DNA of 64,000 nt. It comes from Candidatus Saccharimonadales bacterium. Its GTDB lineage: Bacteria; Patescibacteriota; Saccharimonadia; Saccharimonadales; JBGSXW01. The stretch is from contig JBGSXW010000005.1 in the NCBI GenBank assembly GCA_041751215.1, forward strand, positions 131,664 through 195,663. Direction: 5' to 3'. Each line of letters opens with the position of its first letter. Position 1 is the first letter of the stretch. A program made the position numbers and the translations under genes. The notes under the pieces are model-generated. The model ran no database searches. It saw only the letters and a program-made list of their open reading frames with translations, and was not told where the DNA came from. Positions 1-8,388 of this stretch are shown in pieces.

Positions 1-1
1 C

Positions 2-778
2 TCCTTAACACCAGAAGAAGCCGGCAAGTTGGTGGCGTCATATAAATCAGGTGCGTATTCTGTTTGGTTCACCGGAGCTGCTGATTTTAACCTACACGCC
101 TACGCCTGGGCTGGTTTTGACACCACCCCGGAGCACATATTGCCGATGGCCTGGGGTCCAGGCAGCCCGTTTGGCGACGAGGTAGCCGGAACCAGAGTGT
201 CCAAGCCCGGTGCGGCGACTGTGTTTGTGTTGCTCAAAGGCGGTAGCTACGCACCAACCAACACCTGTACCGAGGACGGTGAACTTATAAGCGGCGGCAC
301 AACTCTAACTCCCATTACCGGATCCCGAGAGGAGCTGGTAGAGCGAGCATTGAGTAGCCCCAACCTTAATCTTGGAAACTACGGTCCGGCCTCTACCCAG
401 ACGTCTGATATTGAGAGCGTTATCTCCGAGAAGCTACTTATTGCAATCGTCGCCATGGTTGAACAAAGCGGATCGCCGGTACCTGTAAATGCCATAAAAT
501 CTGATCACGGAGCTGGAACACTTCACGAGCTAGGACGGGCAATTGACATTGGCTATTACGGCCACGGCAACCCGGCCTACAGTGCAGAGGGTGAGCGCTT
601 GTTTAAATTCTTGCATGACAACTATACCGCGCTAGGTGGCGAAGAGCTTATATGGCAAGAACCGCCTCCGGGCTATCAGTGCGGCGGGGCGTCCGGCCTG
701 GGTGACTGTTATTCTATTTATGGCACTAGCATTATGAACCAGCACTATCACCATATTCACTTTGCGGTAAAGGAGTAA
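2..778 (+). CDS. LAS/M15-like zinc peptidase-like protein (5' end probably outside window)
   Basis: The frame is open from nt 2, with no stop upstream of the TTG at 29. TLHELGRAIDIG fits the H-x-x-G-x-A-x-D motif of VanY/M15-type LAS peptidases, and the C-terminus has HYHHIHF (HxH). Motif-level call only. Confidence 0.4.
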   Translation, partial: SLTPEEAGKLVASYKSGAYSVWFTGAADFNLHAYAWAGFDTTPEHILPMAWGPGSPFGDEVAGTRVSKPGAATVFVLLKGGSYAPTNTCTEDGELISGGTTLTPITGSREELVERALSSPNLNLGNYGPASTQTSDIESVISEKLLIAIVAMVEQSGSPVPVNAIKSDHGAGTLHELGRAIDIGYYGHGNPAYSAEGERLFKFLHDNYTALGGEELIWQEPPPGYQCGGASGLGDCYSIYGTSIMNQHYHHIHFAVKE

Positions 779-782
779 TCAG

Positions 783-2069
783 ATGAACCAAAACCGAAAA
801 CCATATATCGCCGGCGCCCTAGCAGTTCTGGTGTTTTTATTTTTACTGTTTTTACTTTTTGGCGGCAGGCGCAGCAATCAACCGACTTACCTAGAGCAAC
901 TTCACTTGCCAGCCCCATTCTCGGCAGCCCAAGGAACTGAGGAAAACACAGCCATATTCTCAAACGGCCGAAGTTTTGTTCAGTACAACTATCGAAGCGG
1001 TGAGACAGAGTCTCTGAGTGCTGCCACTAACATGCCAACCGTAAACAATATTCAGCTTTCAAATAACAATCGCTACATAATATTTAGATCCTCTGGACAT
1101 TCCTTTAACAGTCCGTATGGAACAATCTTAAACAAAGAAGACCTACCGCTAGCATCGGCTTACTGGTGGGGTTATGATCGAACTTCCGGCAAGCTATATA
1201 TTCTAGGTGACGGCGGAAATCTAATTGTGACCAGTTCGAGCTCAGATGTTTATTACCGAGCAGTTAATGGCGATGACACTGGCTTTCTAGAGATCAAATC
1301 AGTCGCCAACATTCCAATCGCGGAAACAGGTGAGTATGTACAGGGGCCGAGCGATTTAGCCGAGCCAATAGAAATTAGCGGCGGAATTAGACAGTTCTTT
1401 CCTTTTGAAGGTGGCTTTTTGGTCGAGAACAATCAAGGCAACGTAATTCGTGTCGATGAAGAGACTGGCTCAAGAGAATTAATTACCAGTGACGTCAGAA
1501 ACTTAGTGGCGTCGCCAAGTGGTCGCTACGCAACTGTTAATAACTTAGTGACCGAAAGCGATCAAACCATCGATCTTAAGATGCTTGAAGTAGAGAAGGA
1601 GAAGCTGCACAATTTAGGTGAGTTCGATGAAAGCTTTAGTGTTTGGCTAAGCGATAGCGACACCGTGCTTTACCGCGTCAACAATGACCGAGCGATTACT
1701 AAATCAGGAATAGGTGGGCGAGCGGTAAATCTGGTTGCTAGCGAAGAGGAACTCGAGGACGCATTTGCGCTGCTCGTAATATCTAACGTGGTTGGTCCAG
1801 ACACCTATACCGGAAGTGCGGAATTCAAAGACTTTTATATCCTAAGCGAGCAGGAACTCTTTGACATACCATCGCCCGAAGACTACTCGGTTAGATTAGT
1901 GAGCAACACCATAATTGAATACTCGCAGGAATATAACCGGTTTGTTGCCAGCATAGTAGGGGAGGCGACGGTTCAAAAAAGGCAGGCGGTTTATAGTCGG
2001 CTATCCCAAGATGGCTTCAACCCAGATCTTTATCAAATTGAGTTCGTCGGAACATCTTACCAGCTTTAA
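783..2069 (+). CDS. hypothetical protein with N-terminal membrane anchor
   Basis: 428-aa ORF starting 5 nt after the upstream stop. It has an N-terminal hydrophobic helix (IAGALAVLVFLFLLFLLF). No family motif recognised. Confidence 0.5.
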   Translation: MNQNRKPYIAGALAVLVFLFLLFLLFGGRRSNQPTYLEQLHLPAPFSAAQGTEENTAIFSNGRSFVQYNYRSGETESLSAATNMPTVNNIQLSNNNRYIIFRSSGHSFNSPYGTILNKEDLPLASAYWWGYDRTSGKLYILGDGGNLIVTSSSSDVYYRAVNGDDTGFLEIKSVANIPIAETGEYVQGPSDLAEPIEISGGIRQFFPFEGGFLVENNQGNVIRVDEETGSRELITSDVRNLVASPSGRYATVNNLVTESDQTIDLKMLEVEKEKLHNLGEFDESFSVWLSDSDTVLYRVNNDRAITKSGIGGRAVNLVASEEELEDAFALLVISNVVGPDTYTGSAEFKDFYILSEQELFDIPSPEDYSVRLVSNTIIEYSQEYNRFVASIVGEATVQKRQAVYSRLSQDGFNPDLYQIEFVGTSYQL

Positions 2070-3133
2070 GAGGGTTTAGTTGGGATAACATTATAATCAC
2101 CTAAGAAGTGGTGAATTATTGAGTCAGCATCGGTGGTGGTGATAATGGTTTGATAGTCTTTGAGGTAATCGGTTAGGGCGCGGCGGCGATCAGAATCTAG
2201 CTCGCTGAATACATCATCTAACAGTAGTACCGGTCGGGTGTCTCTGGCTTTTTCAACCGCTTCTATCTCTACCAGTTTACACATTATGACTAGAGTTCTG
2301 AGTTCTCCGCGCGAGGCCGTATTGCTAGCAGTCTTGTTATTAAGGTGAAACAACACGTCTTCACGGTGAGGACCAACACTGGTGTAGCCGAGTTGGCGAT
2401 CGCGTTCAACTTTTGACTCTAGTTGGCGCAGCATGGCAGAAGCGTAATCGCCGGAATCAATTGATTTTAGGTAATCTAGCTTAACTTGCGATTTTTTGTT
2501 ACCACTAAGAGTCCGGTACAGGCTATTGGCTAGTCGGTTGATTTCTTCTATGAGCTGTTGGCGACCGGTCATTATTTGCGCACCGTACTCACTTAGCCTC
2601 ACGTCCCACACAAACAGCTGGTCGGGCGCAACACGCGGCTGTTTGAGTAGTTGGTTGCGTTGAGCCAGCGCGCGCTTATAGCGTCGTCTGACGTCCTTAA
2701 AACCCGGCAGAGTTTGTTCTAGAATCGTGTCGAGGTACTCACGTCGTCGCTCGGGTGAGCCATGAATCATTCTTAGGTGTTCTGGTTCAAACAACACAAT
2801 AGGGGAGAGCTCGTGGTAGGCTAGTCGCTTTTTTACTACTCCATCGAGTTCAAATTCTTTAAGGCTTCGGCCATTATCTGAGTGTTTAATCTTTACGGTC
2901 CGATTGTGTTTTTCACTCATCGTATCGACTCTGGCCCAAGGGGAGTCAAATCTTATTAGGTCGTAGTCTCTAGCTCGATACGATGATCCTTGTGAGGCGA
3001 CAATAACTGCTTCTAAGAGATTAGTTTTTCCGGTAGCGTTTGGTCCAACCACAATATTTACAGTTGGCGATAAATCAACAGATAGACTTTTATAAGAACG
3101 AAAGTTCTTTAGCTCAAGCCCCGTGTAATACAT
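2066..3133 (-). CDS. recF: DNA replication/repair protein RecF
   Basis: N-terminus MYYTGLELKNFRSYKS, Walker A GPNATGKTNLLEA, Walker B LLLDDVFSELD. Sits in conserved dnaA-dnaN-recF synteny. Confidence 0.9.
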   Translation of the reverse strand: MYYTGLELKNFRSYKSLSVDLSPTVNIVVGPNATGKTNLLEAVIVASQGSSYRARDYDLIRFDSPWARVDTMSEKHNRTVKIKHSDNGRSLKEFELDGVVKKRLAYHELSPIVLFEPEHLRMIHGSPERRREYLDTILEQTLPGFKDVRRRYKRALAQRNQLLKQPRVAPDQLFVWDVRLSEYGAQIMTGRQQLIEEINRLANSLYRTLSGNKKSQVKLDYLKSIDSGDYASAMLRQLESKVERDRQLGYTSVGPHREDVLFHLNNKTASNTASRGELRTLVIMCKLVEIEAVEKARDTRPVLLLDDVFSELDSDRRRALTDYLKDYQTIITTTDADSIIHHFLGDYNVIPTKPS

Positions 3134-3142
3134 GTTTCTATT

Positions 3143-4240
3143 CTAGCTCTTGAGCGGCATGATGATGTGAAGATAGTCGTCAGAACCTTTGTTGGTAGAG
3201 GTTAATACGCAAGGATTAAGTTTGCCACTAAACGAGAATTTAACACTCTCAGCCTCAGTAACATTTAAGGCATCGAGTAAATAGCGAGAGTTGAGAGTTA
3301 CATCCCCACTACCGGTGACCTTCGCGCTAGCTTTAGAGGTGTTTTCTCCAACCTGAGAAGCCACTGAATGGATTTGAATCTCTTGATCTTCTTCGGATAC
3401 GTTTAGGGTGATGCTGCCGGCGCTTTCCTTAGCAAACAGGCTAGAAATTTTAGCAATGTTTAGCAGGTCTTTCTTAGGCACAACAAACTCGGTTTCACCC
3501 GACTTTGGAATAAGCTGACGATAGTCTGGATAGTTTCCTTCAATCAGGCGTGATACTAGTTCGACCTCATCAACCTTAAACGCCGCCTGGCCTTCGTCGA
3601 ACGAAATTTCTACATTCTCGGTGTTATCATCCATTACTCTGAGAACTTCAGAAAGAGCGCTGGCGGGTACCAAAACCGAGATGTCGTCGTTGGTTTGAAT
3701 TAGCCGCTTCTCAGCCAATCGGTAGCTATCGGTTGCAACTAGGTAAAGGTGTTTGTCGATGGTGTGAATGTAAACTCCAGTTAGGACCTGCCTGGCCTCA
3801 TCGTTTGAGGCTGCAACAACCGTTTGAGCGATGGCGGTTTTAAGATTTTTAGCTGATATTGAGTATTTTTTCTTTCCTTCAACTTGAGGTAGGGAAGGGA
3901 ACTCATCGGCTGAGACGCCGTTGATGGTGGACTCGTACTTATCTGCCTTGATTCTTAGGGTGTTTTCATCTGTTGAGAGCTCGATATTTGTGCTGGGCAA
4001 GTTAGCAATAAAATCGTTGAGCAACCGAGCAGGAACGGTTATGGATCCTTCTTGTTCGACCTTTCCACCAATGTTTTTACTGATAGCAATTTCTAGGTTG
4101 GTGGCGGCTAAAACCAGTCGATTTCCATCTGTTTTTAGCAGAATGTTAGATAAAATTGGAAGCGTTGCTCTAGTTGCTGCCACTCGGGATACAACGGCCA
4201 GTGCGCTCTTTAAGTTTTCTTGTGTGACCTTAAGTTTCAT
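3143..4240 (-). CDS. dnaN: DNA polymerase III beta sliding clamp
   Basis: 365 aa with a typical N-terminus (MKLKVTQENL...ATRATLPILSNILLKTDGNRLVLAATNLEIAI). Located immediately downstream of dnaA. Confidence 0.95.
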   Translation of the reverse strand: MKLKVTQENLKSALAVVSRVAATRATLPILSNILLKTDGNRLVLAATNLEIAISKNIGGKVEQEGSITVPARLLNDFIANLPSTNIELSTDENTLRIKADKYESTINGVSADEFPSLPQVEGKKKYSISAKNLKTAIAQTVVAASNDEARQVLTGVYIHTIDKHLYLVATDSYRLAEKRLIQTNDDISVLVPASALSEVLRVMDDNTENVEISFDEGQAAFKVDEVELVSRLIEGNYPDYRQLIPKSGETEFVVPKKDLLNIAKISSLFAKESAGSITLNVSEEDQEIQIHSVASQVGENTSKASAKVTGSGDVTLNSRYLLDALNVTEAESVKFSFSGKLNPCVLTSTNKGSDDYLHIIMPLKS

Positions 4241-4300
4241 AAATTCTCCTGACCTACTGTTATTAGTTGTTTAAAGAATAACAGTCGTAGTAATAAGCCT

Positions 4301-4478
4301 TGTGGATTGTGTGTAGAACTTTGATTTAACTTCTTAGGTTTTAAGTTTAGGCCTGCGGAAAGTTGTGTGCAGAAACCCAGGCAATATACACAAATGTCGT
4401 GGATGGTTTTGTGTATAAACACACTAAGGCTCAAAAATTCACTAAAGCTTCCACTATTTGTACGGCTGGTCGTCCACA
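4301..4478. promoter_or_regulatory. weak DnaA-box-like cluster in the dnaA-dnaN spacer
   Basis: TGTGGATTG (4301-4309, 7/9 to the TGTGGATAA complement), TGTGTATAA (4410-4418, 8/9) and TCGTCCACA (4470-4478, 7/9). An AT-rich stretch with the inverted repeat CTGTTATT/AATAACAG (4257-4264 / 4277-4284) lies just upstream of dnaN. Confidence 0.35.
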
Positions 4479-4483
4479 GCTTA

Positions 4484-5821
4484 TCAACCATAAAGTCGCT
4501 CCCGGATTTCATTAACTGACTGTCTCATTATGTGATCTAGACTCATGCCTTTTTCGATTTTATCGACAGAATGAATAGCTGTTGTGTGATCTTTGCGTCC
4601 TAATTCATGAGCAACTTTAGGGAAACTAAGGTGAAGTTCGTTCCTTAGTAGATACATAGCGATTTGGCGCGGAACCACAATGTCTTTGTCGCGCTTTGGG
4701 CCCAATAACTCCTCCATATCAACCTGAAAGTACTTAGCGGTGCGCTCAACCACCTGCTTGGCAGTTAAACGACGCGGACGGCTCCGACTAGCGGTCAGGA
4801 GGCTAGATGCCACCTCTTTGTCTGGTTCAAGTCCATGCATTTCGCAGTAAGCAAGTAAACGATTTAGCGCCCCCTCGAGCTCACGAATATTAGTCTGGAA
4901 GTGAGTAGCTAGATATTCTACGACATCTGGTGTAAGTGGCCTTCCCAGGCTAACTGCCTTTGCCTGAAGGATAGCCGAACGCGTCTCAAAATCAGGCGGT
5001 TGAATGTCGATTGTCATGCCACCCTCGAAGCGTGAGCGGAGGCGATCCTCTAGGGTTGGTATCGAGTTGGGCGGTTGATCACTAGAGATAATCACCTGTT
5101 TATTGGCCTGGTGCAAAGCATTAAAGGTGTGAAAAAACTCTTCTTGAGTCTTCTCTTTGCCGGCAATAAATTGAATATCATCAACAATTAAAACGTCGGT
5201 TTTACGGTATTTGTCCGAAAACCCCTTCTTCTTAAATCGAATACTGTCTAAGAACTCATTAACAAATGTTTCACAGGTTATATAAAGAACCTTAGACCCG
5301 GGCTTCTTGTTGGTTATCTCGTTTCCAACTGCCTGGATAAGGTGAGTTTTTCCTAAACCAACGCCACCATAAACAAACAATGGATTATATTTATGCCCTG
5401 GATTATCAACGATCGCGTGACAAGCAGCGTGGGCCAGTTCGTTACCACCGCCAACAATAAAACTCTCGAAGGTGTATTTTGAGTTTAGAATTTCGGATTT
5501 GGTGGCCGCGTTTGGTTTGCGAGCTCCAGAACTGGTGATCTTGACTGTTTCTTTTTCAGACTGGGGGCGAGCTTTAATGACGGAGCTAATTTTGTAGCTG
5601 ATTTCTTTAACCTGGACACCACTGTTTGAGAGAGCTTCATGGACTAGGCTATTAAACTTGGTTTCTAGCTGCTGTTTAGCAAAAATGTTAGGAACGCCAA
5701 CAACTATTACGCCGTCATCAGCAGAGATAAGCGCGGTATTTTTAAACCACGTAACGAAACTGCCTCTTGATACAGCAAGTTCGATCTCACCCAGCACAGA
5801 CTGCCATAGCTGTTCGTTCAT
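4484..5821 (-). CDS. dnaA: chromosomal replication initiator DnaA
   Basis: AAA+ motifs GGVGLGKTHL and LIVDDIQF, plus a C-terminal DNA-binding helix region (KDHTTAIHSVDKI). The ATG at 5821 (MNEQLW...) is preferred over the GTG at 5845 because AAAGGGG sits 4 nt upstream of it. Confidence 0.95.
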   Translation of the reverse strand: MNEQLWQSVLGEIELAVSRGSFVTWFKNTALISADDGVIVVGVPNIFAKQQLETKFNSLVHEALSNSGVQVKEISYKISSVIKARPQSEKETVKITSSGARKPNAATKSEILNSKYTFESFIVGGGNELAHAACHAIVDNPGHKYNPLFVYGGVGLGKTHLIQAVGNEITNKKPGSKVLYITCETFVNEFLDSIRFKKKGFSDKYRKTDVLIVDDIQFIAGKEKTQEEFFHTFNALHQANKQVIISSDQPPNSIPTLEDRLRSRFEGGMTIDIQPPDFETRSAILQAKAVSLGRPLTPDVVEYLATHFQTNIRELEGALNRLLAYCEMHGLEPDKEVASSLLTASRSRPRRLTAKQVVERTAKYFQVDMEELLGPKRDKDIVVPRQIAMYLLRNELHLSFPKVAHELGRKDHTTAIHSVDKIEKGMSLDHIMRQSVNEIRERLYG

Positions 5822-5987
5822 AAACCCCTTTACGTAAACCACCACTCACTTAACTCAAGCTTGCTGCCTAAATCTATGCCAATTTGCTTAAAAGCAAATG
5901 CCGTGAAGACTTTCTTCCGGGCAGGCTCCGATTTACACACCAAGCACACCATTTAGTAGGTTCCCTAAGCATACACAAAAATGGTAC

Positions 5988-6101
5988 TTTTCCACAATCT
6001 AACTTCTGAGAATCAAAGATCGACCCAAACAGGGGTGACTTATCCACAGATGCAAGTCACCCCTGTGCTTCTGTGGATGATTGGGTTGCCTGTGTGGATA
6101 A
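5988..6101. promoter_or_regulatory. oriC-type DnaA-box cluster
   Basis: TTTTCCACA (5988-5996, 8/9), TTATCCACA (6040-6048, perfect), TGTGGATGA (6072-6080, 8/9 on the complement) and TGTGGATAA (6093-6101, perfect complement). It lies between dnaA and rpmH, and flanking genes diverge from here. Confidence 0.7.
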
Positions 6102-6131
6102 AAGATTATGAGGCTTCTCGAGAAGCTACAG

Positions 6132-6160
6132 TTGACGTGAACTGTTTTTACCCCTAAACT
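6132..6160 (+). promoter_or_regulatory. sigma70-like promoter for rpmH
   Basis: TTGACG (6132-6137), a 17-nt spacer, then TAAACT (6155-6160). The ATG is at 6170, which implies a very short leader with no visible SD. Confidence 0.4.
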
Positions 6161-6169
6161 TCATGAGAT

Positions 6170-6307
6170 ATGCCAAAAAGAACTTATCAACCAAAAGTTA
6201 GACACCGCAAGCGCGTTCATGGTTTTAGAGCTCGATTACGCACTAAAGCTGGCCGTGCAGTTGTTAAGGCTAGACGACTTAAGGGTCGCAAGCGTTTAAC
6301 GCACTAA
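6170..6307 (+). CDS. rpmH: 50S ribosomal protein L34
   Basis: My own translation, since the ORF is below the track cutoff: [45 protein letters not shown]. This is the canonical L34 sequence pattern. Confidence 0.9.
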   Translation: MPKRTYQPKVRHRKRVHGFRARLRTKAGRAVVKARRLKGRKRLTH

Positions 6308-6308
6308 G

Positions 6309-6653
6309 CTAGCTAATATCTGCCTGTTTGAGCAGCTGTTTCAGCTGCTCTTTTAGTGTTTCTGAGGGCATAGTTGCCACGCTCTCGTCAAATACCAAGA
6401 CTATTAAATCGGCGTCACCAGGGATTGGCGGATCCCAGGTTCTAAGGACTTCGTAAATTCGGCGACGGATGCGGTTTCTTTTAGGTGACGATTTGCAGAC
6501 CTTGCGGCTAACAACTACCCCTGCTCGCCAGTTTGCGTGGCGCTGCTTGCGAACATATTTTAGAGTTAGACTACTACCTCTGGCCGTTTGGCCACGACGC
6601 AAAACATACCGGACACTTCCTTGGCCATGAAAACGATTTTCTTTTGAAACCAT
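6309..6653 (-). CDS. rnpA: ribonuclease P protein component
   Basis: RNR motif KSSPKRNRIRRRI and N-terminal region VSKENRFHG...VRYVLRRGQ. Start set at the internal ATG (MVSKENRF); the upstream 17 codons look non-native. Confidence 0.8.
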   Translation of the reverse strand: MVSKENRFHGQGSVRYVLRRGQTARGSSLTLKYVRKQRHANWRAGVVVSRKVCKSSPKRNRIRRRIYEVLRTWDPPIPGDADLIVLVFDESVATMPSETLKEQLKQLLKQADIS

Positions 6654-6763
6654 ATGTACAGAATACAGTATATGGAATGCGCAACAGCAGCCGTAAATCC
6701 GCATCTACTAAAACCTCTGAACTTGTAAGGACAGAACCTGGCGTGGTGAGGATGAGTCCTGTT

Positions 6764-6935
6764 TACTGCTGGACCTCTTTTCAGGAATGAAAGACAAGGA
6801 AGCGCCGAGCAACGGACGGAAGCGTACTTTATGTACGGTGGAAGGAGTAGCGGAGGAGCTGACGCCGCATCAGCGGTGTGGGCTGCTCCGCAGCTCAGCA
6901 GGCTGATGTTCGTTCGTCCTGAAAAGGGTTCAGTA
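6764..6935 (+). ncRNA. candidate structured RNA or palindromic element of unknown class
   Basis: GC-rich island in an unusually long 293-nt spacer. A 12-bp closing helix pairs 6775-6786 (CTCTTTTCAGGA) with 6917-6928 (TCCTGAAAAGGG), including one G-U that only pairs on the + strand. A 5-bp outer helix pairs 6764-6768 with 6931-6935. Internal hairpins are at 6823-6837 and 6858-6874. No known RNA family motif recognised. Confidence 0.25.
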
Positions 6936-6946
6936 CATGTTATTAT

Positions 6947-7855
6947 ATGTCGAGTATGTTTGACACATTAATTGTTCAGCCGATCTTCAACTTGCTAGTT
7001 TTTATCTACGCGATACTTCCTGCGCACGACTTTGGCGTTTCGATTATTCTGTTTACAGTTGTAGTGCGTTTGTTGATGTGGCCGTTGCTGCGCAAGCAGT
7101 TACATCAGGCTCGTTTAATGCGCCAGCTGCAGCCAAAAATCAAGCAGATCAAGGCTAAGTCTAAGGGCGACAAGCAAAAGGAAGCTCAGGCTTTAATGGA
7201 GCTTTATAAAGAGCACGGGGTCAGTCCGTTTACTTCTTTAGGTTTGCTGTTTGTTCAGTTGCCAATCTTTATTGGCCTGTTCAGCGCTTTGAACAAACTT
7301 ATCAACCAGCCGCAAACCATTATCGACTTTTCTTACGGCTTTATTAAGCAACTGCCCCAGATGCAAGAAGTTGTGGCTGATCTAAATAACTTTCAACCTG
7401 ACTTTATTGGTCTATTTAGTGTTACCGAGCGTGGTCTTTCCGGCGGACAAATCATCTGGTCAATCGCGGCCGTTGCAGCAGTTGCTGGTATCTTTCAGTT
7501 CTTACAAACTCGCCAACTTACCTCCAGTCAAAGCAAGCGCAAAAAACTTCGCGATATTCTAAAAGATAGCGCCAAAGGCAAACAAGCCGAGCAATCAGAT
7601 ATTAATGCCGCCGTGGGTGGCAGTATGGGCATCATCTTTGCCCCTTTGATTTTTTACATATCATTAATTTCTCCGGCTGGCCTAGCTCTTTACTTTGCAA
7701 CCAGTGGTGTCGTTGGTTACCTACAGCAGCGCTTCGTTCTAGGTCGTGATGTCGAAGAGATGGAAGAAATTGCCGATAAACCAGCACCAGCCAAAACTAC
7801 TAAACCCCGTAAAACCAAACAGACTCGAGCAACTAGAACCAAAAAGAAGGCTTAA
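6947..7855 (+). CDS. yidC: membrane protein insertase YidC/Oxa1 family (short form)
   Basis: LLMWPLLRKQ...MRQLQPKIKQIKAK...ELYKEHGVSPF, several TM segments and a basic C-terminal tail. Synteny with rnpA and jag. Confidence 0.85.
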   Translation: MSSMFDTLIVQPIFNLLVFIYAILPAHDFGVSIILFTVVVRLLMWPLLRKQLHQARLMRQLQPKIKQIKAKSKGDKQKEAQALMELYKEHGVSPFTSLGLLFVQLPIFIGLFSALNKLINQPQTIIDFSYGFIKQLPQMQEVVADLNNFQPDFIGLFSVTERGLSGGQIIWSIAAVAAVAGIFQFLQTRQLTSSQSKRKKLRDILKDSAKGKQAEQSDINAAVGGSMGIIFAPLIFYISLISPAGLALYFATSGVVGYLQQRFVLGRDVEEMEEIADKPAPAKTTKPRKTKQTRATRTKKKA

Positions 7856-7858
7856 TTT

Positions 7859-8377
7859 ATGAACGACTCGATCACCTTTGCTAAAAAGTACCTCGAGGAT
7901 CTGCTTTCATTCTTTGGACTTAATACCGACATCAAAGCTCAAATGGACGAAGAAGTTATAGAACTCTCGGTTCCATCAACGCACCTTAACGGCTTTTTAA
8001 TCGGTCAACGCGGAGAGACTCTGCGAGCGCTGCAGTTTATGGTTAGCACCGCGCTTAGAAATAATGGATTTGATACCAACCGCGTTAACGTCGATGTTGC
8101 TGACTACAAACGACATCGTCGAGATCGCCTAGCCGCTTCGGTCCAAGAGTGGATTGATAATGTAAAAACTAGCCAAAAAGACATGAGCTTACAGCCAATG
8201 AATGCGGCTGATCGCCGAGTTGTACATAAAGTTGTTGGCGATAACGCCGGCGTTAGTTCTACCAGCGAGGGCGAGGGACGAGATCGACACGTAATAATTG
8301 TGCCCGAAAAAACTAGCGAATCAGAACCTGACTCAGATTCAGACGCAGAAACAGACTCTAGCGACGATAAAGAATAA
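7859..8377 (+). CDS. jag: Jag/KhpB-type KH + R3H RNA-binding protein
   Basis: R3H motif MNAADRRVVHKVV with a KH-like region upstream, directly downstream of yidC. Has an acidic C-terminal tail. Confidence 0.8.
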   Translation: MNDSITFAKKYLEDLLSFFGLNTDIKAQMDEEVIELSVPSTHLNGFLIGQRGETLRALQFMVSTALRNNGFDTNRVNVDVADYKRHRRDRLAASVQEWIDNVKTSQKDMSLQPMNAADRRVVHKVVGDNAGVSSTSEGEGRDRHVIIVPEKTSESEPDSDSDAETDSSDDKE

Positions 8378-8388
8378 GTTCTAAAGTC

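Noticed and set aside
3921-4512. Track ORFs 3921-4274 (+) and 4237-4512 (-) around the dnaN start and the dnaA-dnaN spacer
   Set aside because: The first is antisense to dnaN. The second spans the non-coding spacer that contains DnaA-box-like sites. Both translate to low-complexity, Cys/Leu/Ser-rich sequence with no motifs, so they are treated as shadow ORFs.
6533-6790. 85-aa + strand ORF overlapping rnpA
   Set aside because: It is antisense to a well-supported rnpA and runs into the structured spacer. It has no recognisable motif or RBS.
6764-6935. Tested the structured element as SRP (4.5S) RNA, RNase P RNA, tmRNA or a tRNA
   Set aside because: CTGTTTAC and AAGGAAGCGCC superficially resemble E. 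coli 4.5S segments. However, no GNRA tetraloop closed by the required helix-8 pairing can be drawn. There is no GAGGAAAGTCC-type RNase P P4 sequence, no tRNA T-loop (GGTTCGAATCC-like) and no tag-peptide frame. It is kept only as an unclassified candidate.
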